This document shows, piece after piece, positions 1 through 9,637 of a stretch of 64,000 bases of DNA. The notes under the pieces were generated by a model, which was given only the letters and a program-made list of their open reading frames with translations, had not been told where the DNA came from and did no database searches. Positions within the stretch are counted from its first letter, which is position 1, and each line of letters starts with the position of its first letter. The position numbers were made by a program, and so were the translations under genes. The stretch comes from an uncultured SAR86 cluster bacterium (GTDB taxonomy: Bacteria > Pseudomonadota > Gammaproteobacteria > Magnimaribacterales > D2472), in assembly GCA_902509555.1 (NCBI GenBank), contig CABWYS010000002.1, forward strand, positions 1,478-65,477, in the 5' to 3' direction.

Positions 1-2148
1 AAATGGGACATTTAATTTAGCTAAAATTTGAGCTTCATCACCCGTTTGTTTATAGGTAGTTTCAGGGGTAACTTCAAGTGTTCCAGAATACTTACCACCA
101 TACCCCCTGCTTACTAATCCAGGTTTAAAGCCACGTTTAGCTAGTTCATTTGCAATAAATTTAACTAAAGGGGTTTTGCCGGTTCCGCCCATTGAAATAT
201 TACCAACAACAATAATAGGTTTAGGGGAGTTCCAAACTTTTTTAGGGTTCCTTATGTAAGAATTCCTTCGTGCCTTTACTAAAGATGAAAATAAAAAAGT
301 AAGAGGAGCCAAAATATACAACCAAAAGCTTTTGTTGTACCAGGCATCAATTAGATACCCTTGCTGAGATGGCTCTTCGGTAAATGTTGGAAGGTACTCC
401 TTGCCAACAGATTTTTTTGATGGCTTTTTTGGATCTCCAGAATCATTGAATTTATTTTGATATAGGCTCTTGTAGATACCATCTTGGTCTAATAACTCAT
501 CATGAGTTCCTGACTCGGCAACTGAACCATTATCTAAAACTAAAATTTTGTCTGCATTTTCAATGGTCGAAAGTCTATGAGCAATAACAATGGTTGTTCT
601 ATTATTTATTAATTGCTCTATTGCCTCTTGCACAATTAATTCAGATTCATTGTCTAACGCTGAAGTGGCTTCATCTAAGATGATAATTGGTGAATCTTTA
701 TAAAAAGCTCTAGCTATTGCTATTCTTTGTCGTTGACCGCCAGATAATAAGACACCATCATCACCTATTTCAGATTTAAAGCCTTCCGGCAGCCTTGAAA
801 TAAACTCATTGCAGCCAGATATTTCAGCTGCCTCTTTTAATTTCGCTTGATCAATGTCGTTATCGCCGTAGGCAATATTTTTTTCAATCGTGTCATTAAA
901 TAAAGTTGGTGATTGATTGACTATTGAGATAGATTTTCGGAGATGGGATAACTGATAATCTAATATACTTACATCATCTATAGAGATTTTTCCCGAATAA
1001 TCAGAATAAAATCTTGATATTAAATTAGCAATTGTCGATTTCCCTGATCCAGATTTTCCAACAATAGCAATTGTTTCATTTTGGATGATTTCAAAATTTA
1101 AATTATCTAAGACAGATTCTTTGGAGTTATATGCAAAAGAAACATCTGAAAACCTAATATTTCCTATAATATCTGAGTCTAACTCGCCTGTGTCCTCTTC
1201 TTCTTTTGCGTCTAATTGGTCAAAAATTTCTACAGCTGCTGCTAACCCTTTTTGAATAACAGCATTAATATTTGAAAGTTGTCTAATCGGTTTTGCCATT
1301 AATCCCGCTGCGGTTATAAAAGCAACAAAATCTTCAGCGCTTAGCTCTATACCTAGTTGTGAGCCCAATGCAAAATAAGCAACTATAGATAATGAAACTG
1401 AAACTAGAAGCTGGATAATAGGTGTTGCCAAATTACTGGTTGCTTCAAGTTTTAAATTTTGATTTTTATTTGAAGCATTGGCAGCGAGGAATCTATCTTT
1501 TTCATATTTTTCAGCATTAAATGACTTAATTTCTAGATTTCCATCAACTGCCTCAGATGCAAGATGAGTTACATCCCCCATGGCTGTTTGGATTGTTTTC
1601 GCCAACTTTCTTAATCTTCGACCAGCAACATATACTATTAATGCTATAAATGGGGTGGTGATTAATAAGAGCAGTGTTAACTTCCAGTTTAAAGTAAGCA
1701 TATAGGCTAGTAAGCCGACAAGAAGAAACCCTTCTCTTACGAAAGTCTTAATAGCATTTGAGGCAGCACCTGAAACTTGCGTAGTGGTAAAAGTAATTCT
1801 ATTAATCAGTTGGCCTGATTGATTTTGATCAAAGAAATTCTTAGGAAGGTTAATCAGTTTTGAGAATAGCTCAGATCTTAGGTCATGAACAATGCCGAAC
1901 CCAACCCTAGACATAAAATAGTTACCAACAAAAAAGCCTGCACCTCTTCCCATTGCAATAAAAATTAATGCTAGGACAAGATATATGCTGAAATCATCTT
2001 GATCAGAATTGATATATTCAATAATTCTTCTAATCCATTCAACAGCAGCAATGTCTGCCGATGCAAAAAGAATAAAGCCAAAGATACTTAAAATAAATGA
2101 AAATTTAAATCTAAAGGTATACGAAAATAGTCTCTTTAAGGGATTCAT
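1..2148 (-). CDS. msbA: MsbA-type lipid A ABC exporter fused in frame to an LpxK (tetraacyldisaccharide 4'-kinase) domain; the 3' end runs off the window
   Basis: Hand translation of the minus strand from ATG at 2148 finds no stop down to position 1. The ORF is absent from the track because it leaves the window. It has a TM domain and an NBD (Walker A GKSGSGKST, signature LSGGQRQRIAIARA, Walker B ILDEATSALD). A linker follows, then an LpxK-like helix FWLYILAPLTFLFSSLV and P-loop VVGNISMGGTGKTP...SRGYGG. Confidence 0.85.
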   Translation of the reverse strand, partial: MNPLKRLFSYTFRFKFSFILSIFGFILFASADIAAVEWIRRIIEYINSDQDDFSIYLVLALIFIAMGRGAGFFVGNYFMSRVGFGIVHDLRSELFSKLINLPKNFFDQNQSGQLINRITFTTTQVSGAASNAIKTFVREGFLLVGLLAYMLTLNWKLTLLLLITTPFIALIVYVAGRRLRKLAKTIQTAMGDVTHLASEAVDGNLEIKSFNAEKYEKDRFLAANASNKNQNLKLEATSNLATPIIQLLVSVSLSIVAYFALGSQLGIELSAEDFVAFITAAGLMAKPIRQLSNINAVIQKGLAAAVEIFDQLDAKEEEDTGELDSDIIGNIRFSDVSFAYNSKESVLDNLNFEIIQNETIAIVGKSGSGKSTIANLISRFYSDYSGKISIDDVSILDYQLSHLRKSISIVNQSPTLFNDTIEKNIAYGDNDIDQAKLKEAAEISGCNEFISRLPEGFKSEIGDDGVLLSGGQRQRIAIARAFYKDSPIIILDEATSALDNESELIVQEAIEQLINNRTTIVIAHRLSTIENADKILVLDNGSVAESGTHDELLDQDGIYKSLYQNKFNDSGDPKKPSKKSVGKEYLPTFTEEPSQQGYLIDAWYNKSFWLYILAPLTFLFSSLVKARRNSYIRNPKKVWNSPKPIIVVGNISMGGTGKTPLVKFIANELAKRGFKPGLVSRGYGGKYSGTLEVTPETTYKQTGDEAQILAKLNVPF

Positions 2149-2150
2149 GA

Positions 2151-2555
2151 CTAATCAGTATAAGTTTTAATCTGTATGTTTTGAAATCCCAACTGTTTCA
2201 GACCATCCATTAAGCTTATGACCCACTCATGATAGGCTTTGCTTTCTATGGAGAGAACAACAACTTCTGATTTAGAAAAGGTTGCAGCAACTCCAGCCAT
2301 TAATTTATCAATCTCTGTCATAGAAAATTCTTGATTATTAATTATGAGCACCCCAGATTCTAATAAAATAATATTTTGAGAGTTGTTTGATAGAGCTGAC
2401 GCAAATGATTTAGATTCAGGAAGGTCTAAAGTTAGATATTGGTTAGTTTCTATTTTTGATGTAACAACAAAAAAAATTACAAGAAGAAAAACAATATCTA
2501 TCAAGGGAGTAATTTCGATTGAAAGAGCTCTTTCTTTATTATTATAAAATTTCAT
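2151..2555 (-). CDS. exbD: ExbD/TolR-family biopolymer transport protein
   Basis: 134 aa with a single N-terminal TM helix (ITPLIDIVFLLVIFF) typical of ExbD/TolR. It overlaps the upstream exbB-like gene by 4 nt and ends 2 nt before the msbA start. Confidence 0.8.
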   Translation of the reverse strand: MKFYNNKERALSIEITPLIDIVFLLVIFFVVTSKIETNQYLTLDLPESKSFASALSNNSQNIILLESGVLIINNQEFSMTEIDKLMAGVAATFSKSEVVVLSIESKAYHEWVISLMDGLKQLGFQNIQIKTYTD

Positions 2556-3154
2556 TTTTTATATAGAAAATCTAAAAAAATTGACGTATTGGCTTGCAAG
2601 ATTGACATCAAAATTACAGTTTTTTGTTCGAAATACCTATAAAAAACAATAGCTGGTACTGCAATAATTAACCCAAAAGCAGTTGTGATTAAAGCTTCTG
2701 AAATTCCGGCTGCAAGCAAATCTGTATTTGCAGAGCCATTTACGTCAATGTTACTAAAAACCGTTATCATCCCAACAACGGTTCCTAAAAGTCCCAGCAA
2801 AGGACTAATGCTTGCTATTGTGCTCAGCATCGATAAATTTCGTTCAAGGAGTAATTTAATTTCTGAAGCTTTCTCTTCGGCTTTTGTCTCAATAAATTCT
2901 CTTGAATGTAAACGGTATTGATAGCAGTGCTGCAGTAAATCTCCTAATTGAGATGTGGCTGAAATTTCTTGCTGATTTTGAGTGTGAAAAGAATCTTTTT
3001 GAATTAAATTTTGCACCTGTCTTAACAATCCTTTTGGTGCAACCAACCTCCTCTGCAAAAACCAAAGTCTCTCAATCACTATTGAAAAAAGCAAGATAGA
3101 GCAAACAAGCAAAGGCCAAATAAACCATCCACCAGATATTAATAAATTATTCAT
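2552..3154 (-). CDS. exbB: ExbB/TolQ/MotA-family proton-channel protein
   Basis: 200 aa with 3 predicted TM helices. The C-terminal motif SPLLGLLGTVVGMI..F..I is characteristic of the MotA/TolQ/ExbB family. Confidence 0.8.
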   Translation of the reverse strand: MNNLLISGGWFIWPLLVCSILLFSIVIERLWFLQRRLVAPKGLLRQVQNLIQKDSFHTQNQQEISATSQLGDLLQHCYQYRLHSREFIETKAEEKASEIKLLLERNLSMLSTIASISPLLGLLGTVVGMITVFSNIDVNGSANTDLLAAGISEALITTAFGLIIAVPAIVFYRYFEQKTVILMSILQANTSIFLDFLYKK

Positions 3155-3155
3155 T

Positions 3156-3833
3156 TTATGCTGACTTTAAATCTCCATTCTCAATACGAAATACTGCATC
3201 CAGTTTATCAGCATAATTTAAATCATGAGTTGCGACCACAATACCTATATTATGATTTTGAGCTAATTTAATAGTTAAGTTTTGAATTACTTCAGCATTC
3301 TCATGATCTAAGTTACCGGTTGGCTCATCCATTAATACAAACTTTGGCTCATGCACCACAGCTCTAGCAATAGCAACACGTTGTCGCTCACCACCTGAAA
3401 GCATATATGGGTACTTTTCTTGCAATGAAGCGATTCCAAGCTCATCAAGAATCTGGATGATTCTTTTAGAATTTTCGTTAACTTTATTATTATTGGCAAT
3501 CTTAAAAACTAGATTACAATTCTCAAATACAGTTAGGTCATCTAGCAAGTAATGAAATTGATATGCATAGCCAAACAAATTACCCCTCATAGAATTAAAA
3601 TTATTTGAATTATTAGAAGAAAGATTGATTTCGTTAAAAAAAATATCGCCTTGGTCAGGAGTCTCCAACCCAGCAAGAATTTGCAAAAGTGTTGTTTTGC
3701 CACTTCCAGAATAGCCAATAATCCCAATTGAATTGCCCTCGGAAATAGAAAATGAGATATTTGATAAGACCTCCGTTTGATGATCTCCCGATTGATAAGT
3801 TTTACTAATATTTGAGGCTGTAAGTTTATTCAT
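3156..3833 (-). CDS. lolD: Lipoprotein-releasing system ATP-binding protein LolD
   Basis: Walker A GYSGSGKTT, signature LSGGERQRVAIARA, Walker B FVLMDEPTGNLD. It overlaps the LolC/E-type permease gene by 8 nt. Confidence 0.85.
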   Translation of the reverse strand: MNKLTASNISKTYQSGDHQTEVLSNISFSISEGNSIGIIGYSGSGKTTLLQILAGLETPDQGDIFFNEINLSSNNSNNFNSMRGNLFGYAYQFHYLLDDLTVFENCNLVFKIANNNKVNENSKRIIQILDELGIASLQEKYPYMLSGGERQRVAIARAVVHEPKFVLMDEPTGNLDHENAEVIQNLTIKLAQNHNIGIVVATHDLNYADKLDAVFRIENGDLKSA

Positions 3834-5064
3834 GGCGTAAAATAGTTACAGGCTTCAACTTAGCTGCTCTAGCTGCTGGAAAATATGAAAATATTAAGCT
3901 CATTGCAAGAACAGAAAGGCATATATATATAAGTTGAGTTAATCTAAATTCATATGGAAAATAATTAATGAAGTAACTGTCCATCAAACTTCTGTTACTA
4001 AAATTTTCTATAATATTAATGAGCTGATCTATATTAGGGGTTACTGCAATCCCTATCAATAAACCAATAAATGTGCCTAAAAATCCAATAATTAAACCTA
4101 AGTTTAAAAAAATAAATGTAAGTTGAATTTTTGAACAGCCCATAGTTTTTAAGATCGCAATCTCTTTTTCCTTGGTTTTAACTGTCATTACGATGGTTGA
4201 GAGGATATTAAAGGCGGCCACTGTGATAATTAAAAAGAGCATAAGACTTATTAATCTTTTTTCTAATTTAATGGCTTGAAATAATGTTCCATGAGTCTGT
4301 TGCCAAGAAGTAAAATAATAATAGTCTTCATTTAGAAATGGTTGAGCCAGCAAATTAAAACCGAGTGAATTAGCGGCAAATAAATCATTGGTTTTAACTC
4401 TGATGCCTTGGGTAGCATTTTTTGGAAGGTTTAAAATGTTAGCTGCTAAATCATGATGAATTAAAACAAGCGATTGATCTAATTCAGCTTTAAGTTCAAA
4501 TATGCCAACAATCTCTAAAGAAATAGTCCTTGGAAAAGTTCCTATAATTGAAGAACGTAAATTGGTTGTTGTGATATTGACCTTATCTCCAAGCTCTACT
4601 CCTAGGTACCTAGCTAACCAAGAACCTACAATCACTCCTTTATTTGGAGAAATATTATCCAATGACCCACCAGTCATATACTGCGGAAGAATAGACATGG
4701 AACCTTCTAATTCAGGCTTAATTCCTGTAACAAAAACGCCTCTTGATCTATTTTTGGCGCTCATTAATCCCTGAGTTTCGATATAAGGACTCGCACTGAT
4801 AACATTTTCTACGGTGCTTATTTTAGAAATCAATTCCTCGTAATTATCAAGATTTTCATTAGATCGAATAATCAATTGAGGAACTACGCCAAGAACTCTG
4901 GTTTGCAATTCTTTTTCAAAACCATTCATGACAGATAAGACGATAACTAATGCAGCGACACCAAGTGAAAGGCCAGCAGTAGCCATCAAAGAAGTGAAGG
5001 ATGCAAATGCACCCTTCTTTGATCGAAAATACTTGTAGCCCAAGTAAATAGGCAATGAGTTCAT
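3826..5064 (-). CDS. lolC: Lipoprotein-releasing system permease, LolC/LolE family (only one copy in this operon, LolF-like arrangement)
   Basis: 412 aa FtsX/MacB-type permease. N-terminus LGYKYFRSKK, a large periplasmic loop, and 3 C-terminal TM helices. It sits immediately upstream of lolD. Confidence 0.85.
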   Translation of the reverse strand: MNSLPIYLGYKYFRSKKGAFASFTSLMATAGLSLGVAALVIVLSVMNGFEKELQTRVLGVVPQLIIRSNENLDNYEELISKISTVENVISASPYIETQGLMSAKNRSRGVFVTGIKPELEGSMSILPQYMTGGSLDNISPNKGVIVGSWLARYLGVELGDKVNITTTNLRSSIIGTFPRTISLEIVGIFELKAELDQSLVLIHHDLAANILNLPKNATQGIRVKTNDLFAANSLGFNLLAQPFLNEDYYYFTSWQQTHGTLFQAIKLEKRLISLMLFLIITVAAFNILSTIVMTVKTKEKEIAILKTMGCSKIQLTFIFLNLGLIIGFLGTFIGLLIGIAVTPNIDQLINIIENFSNRSLMDSYFINYFPYEFRLTQLIYICLSVLAMSLIFSYFPAARAAKLKPVTILRHE

Positions 5065-5069
5065 AGTAC

Positions 5070-6491
5070 TTAGGTTATCTGCTTGAGAACCTTTTCAATA
5101 TCACCCTTATATGGGGGACGGATTGCAGATAATAATTTGTCGAACCTTGAACCAACTTGCTTATAAACAGCTTTTGCATTACTGAAAGTCTTAAAACCTT
5201 CTTCACCATGATAGCTTCCTATTCCAGATGGTCCAACGCCACCAAAAGGAAGATCTTCTTGCTGTATATGACCCAATACATCATTAACAGTAACGCCACC
5301 TGATGAAGTCCTTGTAAGAACATGCTCTTCTTCATTTTTATTCGATCCAAAATAATATAAACCTAAAGGCTTATCATTTTTATTTACATAGGAGATGGTT
5401 TCATCAATCTCACTAAACTCTTTGATTGGTAGTAAGGGGCCAAAGATCTCCTCTTTCATAATATCCATATCATCTGTAGGATTCATAACAAGTGTTGGAG
5501 GAATTTTGAATGCTTCTTGTTGAGAAAAATCTTCATTAGCGGGATTTATCTCATCTATAACAGCTCCCTTTTCTTTTGCATCATTTAGTAAACCCTGCAA
5601 TCTATCAAAATGTTTTTGATTAACAACAGATGTGTAATCATCGTTATGTTTTAAGTCTGGATAAAAATCTGCAACTGCATCTTTCATGCCAGATACAAGC
5701 TCATCTTTCTTTTCTGAATGAACCATTACATAATCTGGGGCAAGACAGATCTGTCCTGCATTCATTGTTTTGCCAAGCATTATTCTTTTAGCTGCAGTGA
5801 CACTATCAGCAGTATTGCTAACTATAACTGGAGATTTGCCGCCAAGCTCAAGAGTAACTGGGACCAAATTTTCTGCGGCAGCTCTCATAATGTGCTTAGC
5901 AACAGCGCCACTTCCAGTATATAAAAGATGATCAAACTTTTGTTGAGTAAAAGTTGATCCTACTTCTGGGCCACCCAATATAGTTGCAAATTCCTCTTCG
6001 TCAAAAGCAGCATCACAAAGATCTTTTAATAAAGATGAAGTTTGCTCAGTATACTCACTTGGCTTATGCATAATCTGATTACCAGCTGCAAAAATTGAAG
6101 CTGCCGGAGAAAAAGTTAGAAATATAGGGAAATTCCATGGAGAAATCATTCCGACTGTACCTAATGGCTCATAATCCACCGAAGCCTTTGCACCCAAGAA
6201 ACCTAATGGGAAGTTTGGTTTTCTTTTTGAACCTGCCATCCATTTCTTTAGATTTTTCTTTGCATACTCAATACTTGGAATAATTGTATAAACATCCGTG
6301 GCCATAGATTGATTTTTCGATCTAACACCAAAATCATCATTCAATGCATCTACTATCTTGTAACGATTCTCCATGATCAATGTTTTCATGCGATCCAATC
6401 GATCAATTCTTAAATCATATGATGGTGGGCCATTTTTAATAAAATAAGCTCTTTGTTTATTTAGAATATCTTTCATTTGTTGATCTACCAT
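5070..6491 (-). CDS. NAD(P)-dependent aldehyde dehydrogenase (ALDH3 / coniferyl-aldehyde dehydrogenase-like)
   Basis: 473 aa. Catalytic Glu motif LELGGKSP, catalytic Cys motif GQICLAPDY, and C-terminal EIFGP. Confidence 0.85.
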   Translation of the reverse strand: MVDQQMKDILNKQRAYFIKNGPPSYDLRIDRLDRMKTLIMENRYKIVDALNDDFGVRSKNQSMATDVYTIIPSIEYAKKNLKKWMAGSKRKPNFPLGFLGAKASVDYEPLGTVGMISPWNFPIFLTFSPAASIFAAGNQIMHKPSEYTEQTSSLLKDLCDAAFDEEEFATILGGPEVGSTFTQQKFDHLLYTGSGAVAKHIMRAAAENLVPVTLELGGKSPVIVSNTADSVTAAKRIMLGKTMNAGQICLAPDYVMVHSEKKDELVSGMKDAVADFYPDLKHNDDYTSVVNQKHFDRLQGLLNDAKEKGAVIDEINPANEDFSQQEAFKIPPTLVMNPTDDMDIMKEEIFGPLLPIKEFSEIDETISYVNKNDKPLGLYYFGSNKNEEEHVLTRTSSGGVTVNDVLGHIQQEDLPFGGVGPSGIGSYHGEEGFKTFSNAKAVYKQVGSRFDKLLSAIRPPYKGDIEKVLKQIT

Positions 6492-6563
6492 TTTTACCCC
6501 TTTTTATAAATTTAATATGTTTAGTCTATCAGTTAAAGAAAACTCTAAGCTAAGTAACAATCA

Positions 6564-7442
6564 TTAGGTTGATCTTTTCTGTTTATCTGAATCATTTGTT
6601 TTTTTAATCATGCTTCTAATTTCAGACCAATCATCTTCTGACATTTTTGAAAGTTGCGAGAATGTTCCTCCGCCCGAAAGGTACTGAGCGCCATCAAGTG
6701 CAATTGTTTGTCCAGTTAAATATTCACATCCATCAGCCATTAAAAAAGTTGCTAAATTTTGCAACTCACTCATTTGGCCAACTCTACCCATTGGAATGGT
6801 GCTCATTGAGTCCGAATCATCGAGATCCCCCTTTGGGCTAAGTCTAGCCCATGCGCCTTCAGTGGGAAATGGTCCTGGGGCAATGGCATTTATTCTTATT
6901 CCATATGGGCCCCATTCAACAGCTAGAGATTTTGTCATTGTATTAAGCGCAGATTTAGACATAGCTGAGGGCACAACAAATGGAGAGCCCGTCCAAACCC
7001 AGGTAGCAAGAATAGAAATAATAGATCCTTTTATTTTTTGCTCAAGCCATTTCTTTCCTACAGCATTAGTTACATAAAATGTTCCATGAAAAACAATATT
7101 TGCTATTGCATCAAAACCTCTTGCGGACAAATCTTTTGTTGGAGAAATAAAGTTACCTGCAGCATTATTAACTAGTCCATGAAGTGGCCCTTCTTGAAAA
7201 ATTGAATCTATAAAATCTTCCACATCTTGAGGAGAACGAATATCCAGAGGTTGATAACGAACATTTGCTCCATATTTATCTTTAAATTCTGCTGCTGTAT
7301 CAGCGAGTACGCTTTCCCTCCTTCCGCATATTACCAAGTCAGCTCCATGCTGGACATAATGCTCTGACATCTCTTTACCTAAGCCAGTGCCTCCCCCAGT
7401 AACTAATATTTTCTTTCCTTTTAGAATATTTTCTTTAAACAT
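6564..7442 (-). CDS. Short-chain dehydrogenase/reductase, 2,4-dienoyl-CoA reductase-like
   Basis: 292 aa. Cofactor motif VTGGGTGLGK, typical of DECR-type SDRs. Rossmann fold architecture. Confidence 0.7.
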   Translation of the reverse strand: MFKENILKGKKILVTGGGTGLGKEMSEHYVQHGADLVICGRRESVLADTAAEFKDKYGANVRYQPLDIRSPQDVEDFIDSIFQEGPLHGLVNNAAGNFISPTKDLSARGFDAIANIVFHGTFYVTNAVGKKWLEQKIKGSIISILATWVWTGSPFVVPSAMSKSALNTMTKSLAVEWGPYGIRINAIAPGPFPTEGAWARLSPKGDLDDSDSMSTIPMGRVGQMSELQNLATFLMADGCEYLTGQTIALDGAQYLSGGGTFSQLSKMSEDDWSEIRSMIKKTNDSDKQKRST

Positions 7443-7452
7443 TTAGATCCTT

Positions 7453-8460
7453 TTATTCATTAGTAATATCTATAATAGCTTGAACCCACGCATCTGAAAA
7501 ATTTAATGATGGTACGTAATCTAAGGTTTGACCCCCAGCCTTGTTAAAAAGTTCTTTATATTCATCGCCAATCTCAATAACAGTTTCGAGACAATCAGCA
7601 GTAAATGCTGGCGAAAAAATAAGCACTTTTTTAATACCCATTTTAGGGTAATTTGATAAAACAATATCAGAAAAGGGTTCTAGCCAATTATTTGTTAATC
7701 GTGACTGAAATGTAACCTCATAATCATCTCTCTTAAGAGATAGTTTTTCAGCTATTAGTTTAGAGGTTTGATAAACTGCTGCTTTATAACAGTACAGATT
7801 CTCTTCATTAATTTCATGCTCACAATTCTTTCCATTGCATTGATGATCCTGATATACCTTATCTACTTGAGAGTTTGGTAGACCGTGATAGCTGAAAACT
7901 ACCTTATCATAAGCATCAAGATTAAAGTTTTTTGCAGTATCTACCCATGCATTTATGAATGATGGATGGTCATAATATTGAGATATAAACTTAAATGAAG
8001 GAATAACCCAGTTTTTTGAGAGCCTTTTAGTTACTTCTTTAAACACACTACCAGAGGTTGCTGAAGCATAATGAGGAAAAAGTGGCAAGACAACTAATTC
8101 AGATGGATTGGTTTCTTCAATACGATCTAATACTTGTTGAATACTTGGGTTTTGATATCGCATTGCATAATAAACATTATATTTTTCTTGTTTTTGATTT
8201 AATTTAATTGTTAATTCTTCTGTATTTTTCAGTAATGGGGAAACTCCTCCTGAAAGATTCCAAAGTTTTTTATAGATCTTGCTTGAACTAAATGATCTAA
8301 ATGGACAAATAATTAAAGTTACAAGCACGAATCTAAGCATGTATGGAATATCAATAACTCTTCCATCCATTAAAAATTCTCTTAAATACTTAAAAACATT
8401 TAAGTACGAGGGGGAATTTGGTGTTCCTAAATTAATTAGTAATAACGCTGGTTTGTTCAT
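7453..8460 (-). CDS. hemH: Ferrochelatase
   Basis: 335 aa. N-terminus ALLLINLGTPNSP, plus LPLFPHYASATSGS and SYHGLP motifs typical of HemH. Confidence 0.9.
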   Translation of the reverse strand: MNKPALLLINLGTPNSPSYLNVFKYLREFLMDGRVIDIPYMLRFVLVTLIICPFRSFSSSKIYKKLWNLSGGVSPLLKNTEELTIKLNQKQEKYNVYYAMRYQNPSIQQVLDRIEETNPSELVVLPLFPHYASATSGSVFKEVTKRLSKNWVIPSFKFISQYYDHPSFINAWVDTAKNFNLDAYDKVVFSYHGLPNSQVDKVYQDHQCNGKNCEHEINEENLYCYKAAVYQTSKLIAEKLSLKRDDYEVTFQSRLTNNWLEPFSDIVLSNYPKMGIKKVLIFSPAFTADCLETVIEIGDEYKELFNKAGGQTLDYVPSLNFSDAWVQAIIDITNE

Positions 8461-9637
8461 AATCTCTCAGTAATGGGTGTCCTATTATAAATAATAAGGA
8501 AATAAAGCACAGAGAAGCACTAAAAAAATATAAATACTGTGGTCCAAATTGATAAATAGGCATTGCTACTATTGGAGTTAAAACGTGACCTATTGGCATT
8601 ACAGAACCTAAATATCCAGCTGCCGTGCCTTGATTATCTGGTGTTTGAGCTAGAGATAAAGAGGAAGCATTAGCAGGTCTAAACATGCCTCCACCAAAAC
8701 CATTAATCATCATAGCCAAATAAAATAAAGCAATTGATGATGATAATGCTGCCATTAAATAGGAAATTGCAACTAAAAAAGTACCGTATATTAGTAACTT
8801 ATTATTAGCTATTGGTATGAGATCAGTAAAGATATATTGACTGACAACAGTGGAAATTGACAGCACAACGAAAGTTAAACTTATCACTAGGGGTAGGTCC
8901 TTCTCTCCAGAAAATACATCTGTTACAAAGAACCCTATGGACTGGAGCAATGATGCCTGACAAAGAGAAGACAATGCAGCAATTAATAAAAATGGCCACA
9001 CAGACTTATCTTTATATGAAATTTTTGAAATAATTTTTTCAACCTTTTCTATGGGAAGACTGTTTTTTGGGAAACTGATTAAAATTCCAATAGCTGCAAC
9101 AAAACCACAAAATGCAAAAACATAAAAAGGTAAGCTTTTAGAATATAAAAATAAAAAACCGCCTAACATTGGCCCCATAATTGTTCCTATAAGAAAACTA
9201 GACTCCAATCTTGCAAATTTTTTCGTTCGCTTGGATCTATCCGAGATATCTGCCATATAAGCAAAAGCTGCAGGCCTTGTCGCAGATCCAATCAACCCAT
9301 TAATCAATCTACCTAAAATTAATAAAGGCAAAAGATATACAAGATCTAATATTTTTTGCTCAACAAGGAATAAAGGTGTAATTAAGGCAATTATTGAAAC
9401 CGAATAGCCCAGCAGACCAATGACTGCAATATTACGTCTTCCATACTTATCAGATGCCCTGCCCCAAGACGCACTAGTAATTGCCCAAGCAACAGCAGAG
9501 ATTGAGAATATTGTCGAAGTCTCGATTACAGATAAGCCCAAATCTCTTGCCAATGGAGGAACCAAAACAAAAGCAAAGGATTGACCCAGGCCCACAGAAA
9601 ATAAACCGAACTTTAACCAAGTTGTAGGTTTATACAA
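8432..9637 (-). CDS. MFS transporter (drug/H+ antiporter-like)
   Basis: 401 aa with about 12 TM helices. MFS loop motif GRASDKYGRR. The 3' end overlaps the hemH start by 29 nt. Confidence 0.8.
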   Translation of the reverse strand: MYKPTTWLKFGLFSVGLGQSFAFVLVPPLARDLGLSVIETSTIFSISAVAWAITSASWGRASDKYGRRNIAVIGLLGYSVSIIALITPLFLVEQKILDLVYLLPLLILGRLINGLIGSATRPAAFAYMADISDRSKRTKKFARLESSFLIGTIMGPMLGGFLFLYSKSLPFYVFAFCGFVAAIGILISFPKNSLPIEKVEKIISKISYKDKSVWPFLLIAALSSLCQASLLQSIGFFVTDVFSGEKDLPLVISLTFVVLSISTVVSQYIFTDLIPIANNKLLIYGTFLVAISYLMAALSSSIALFYLAMMINGFGGGMFRPANASSLSLAQTPDNQGTAAGYLGSVMPIGHVLTPIVAMPIYQFGPQYLYFFSASLCFISLLFIIGHPLLRDYEQTSVITN

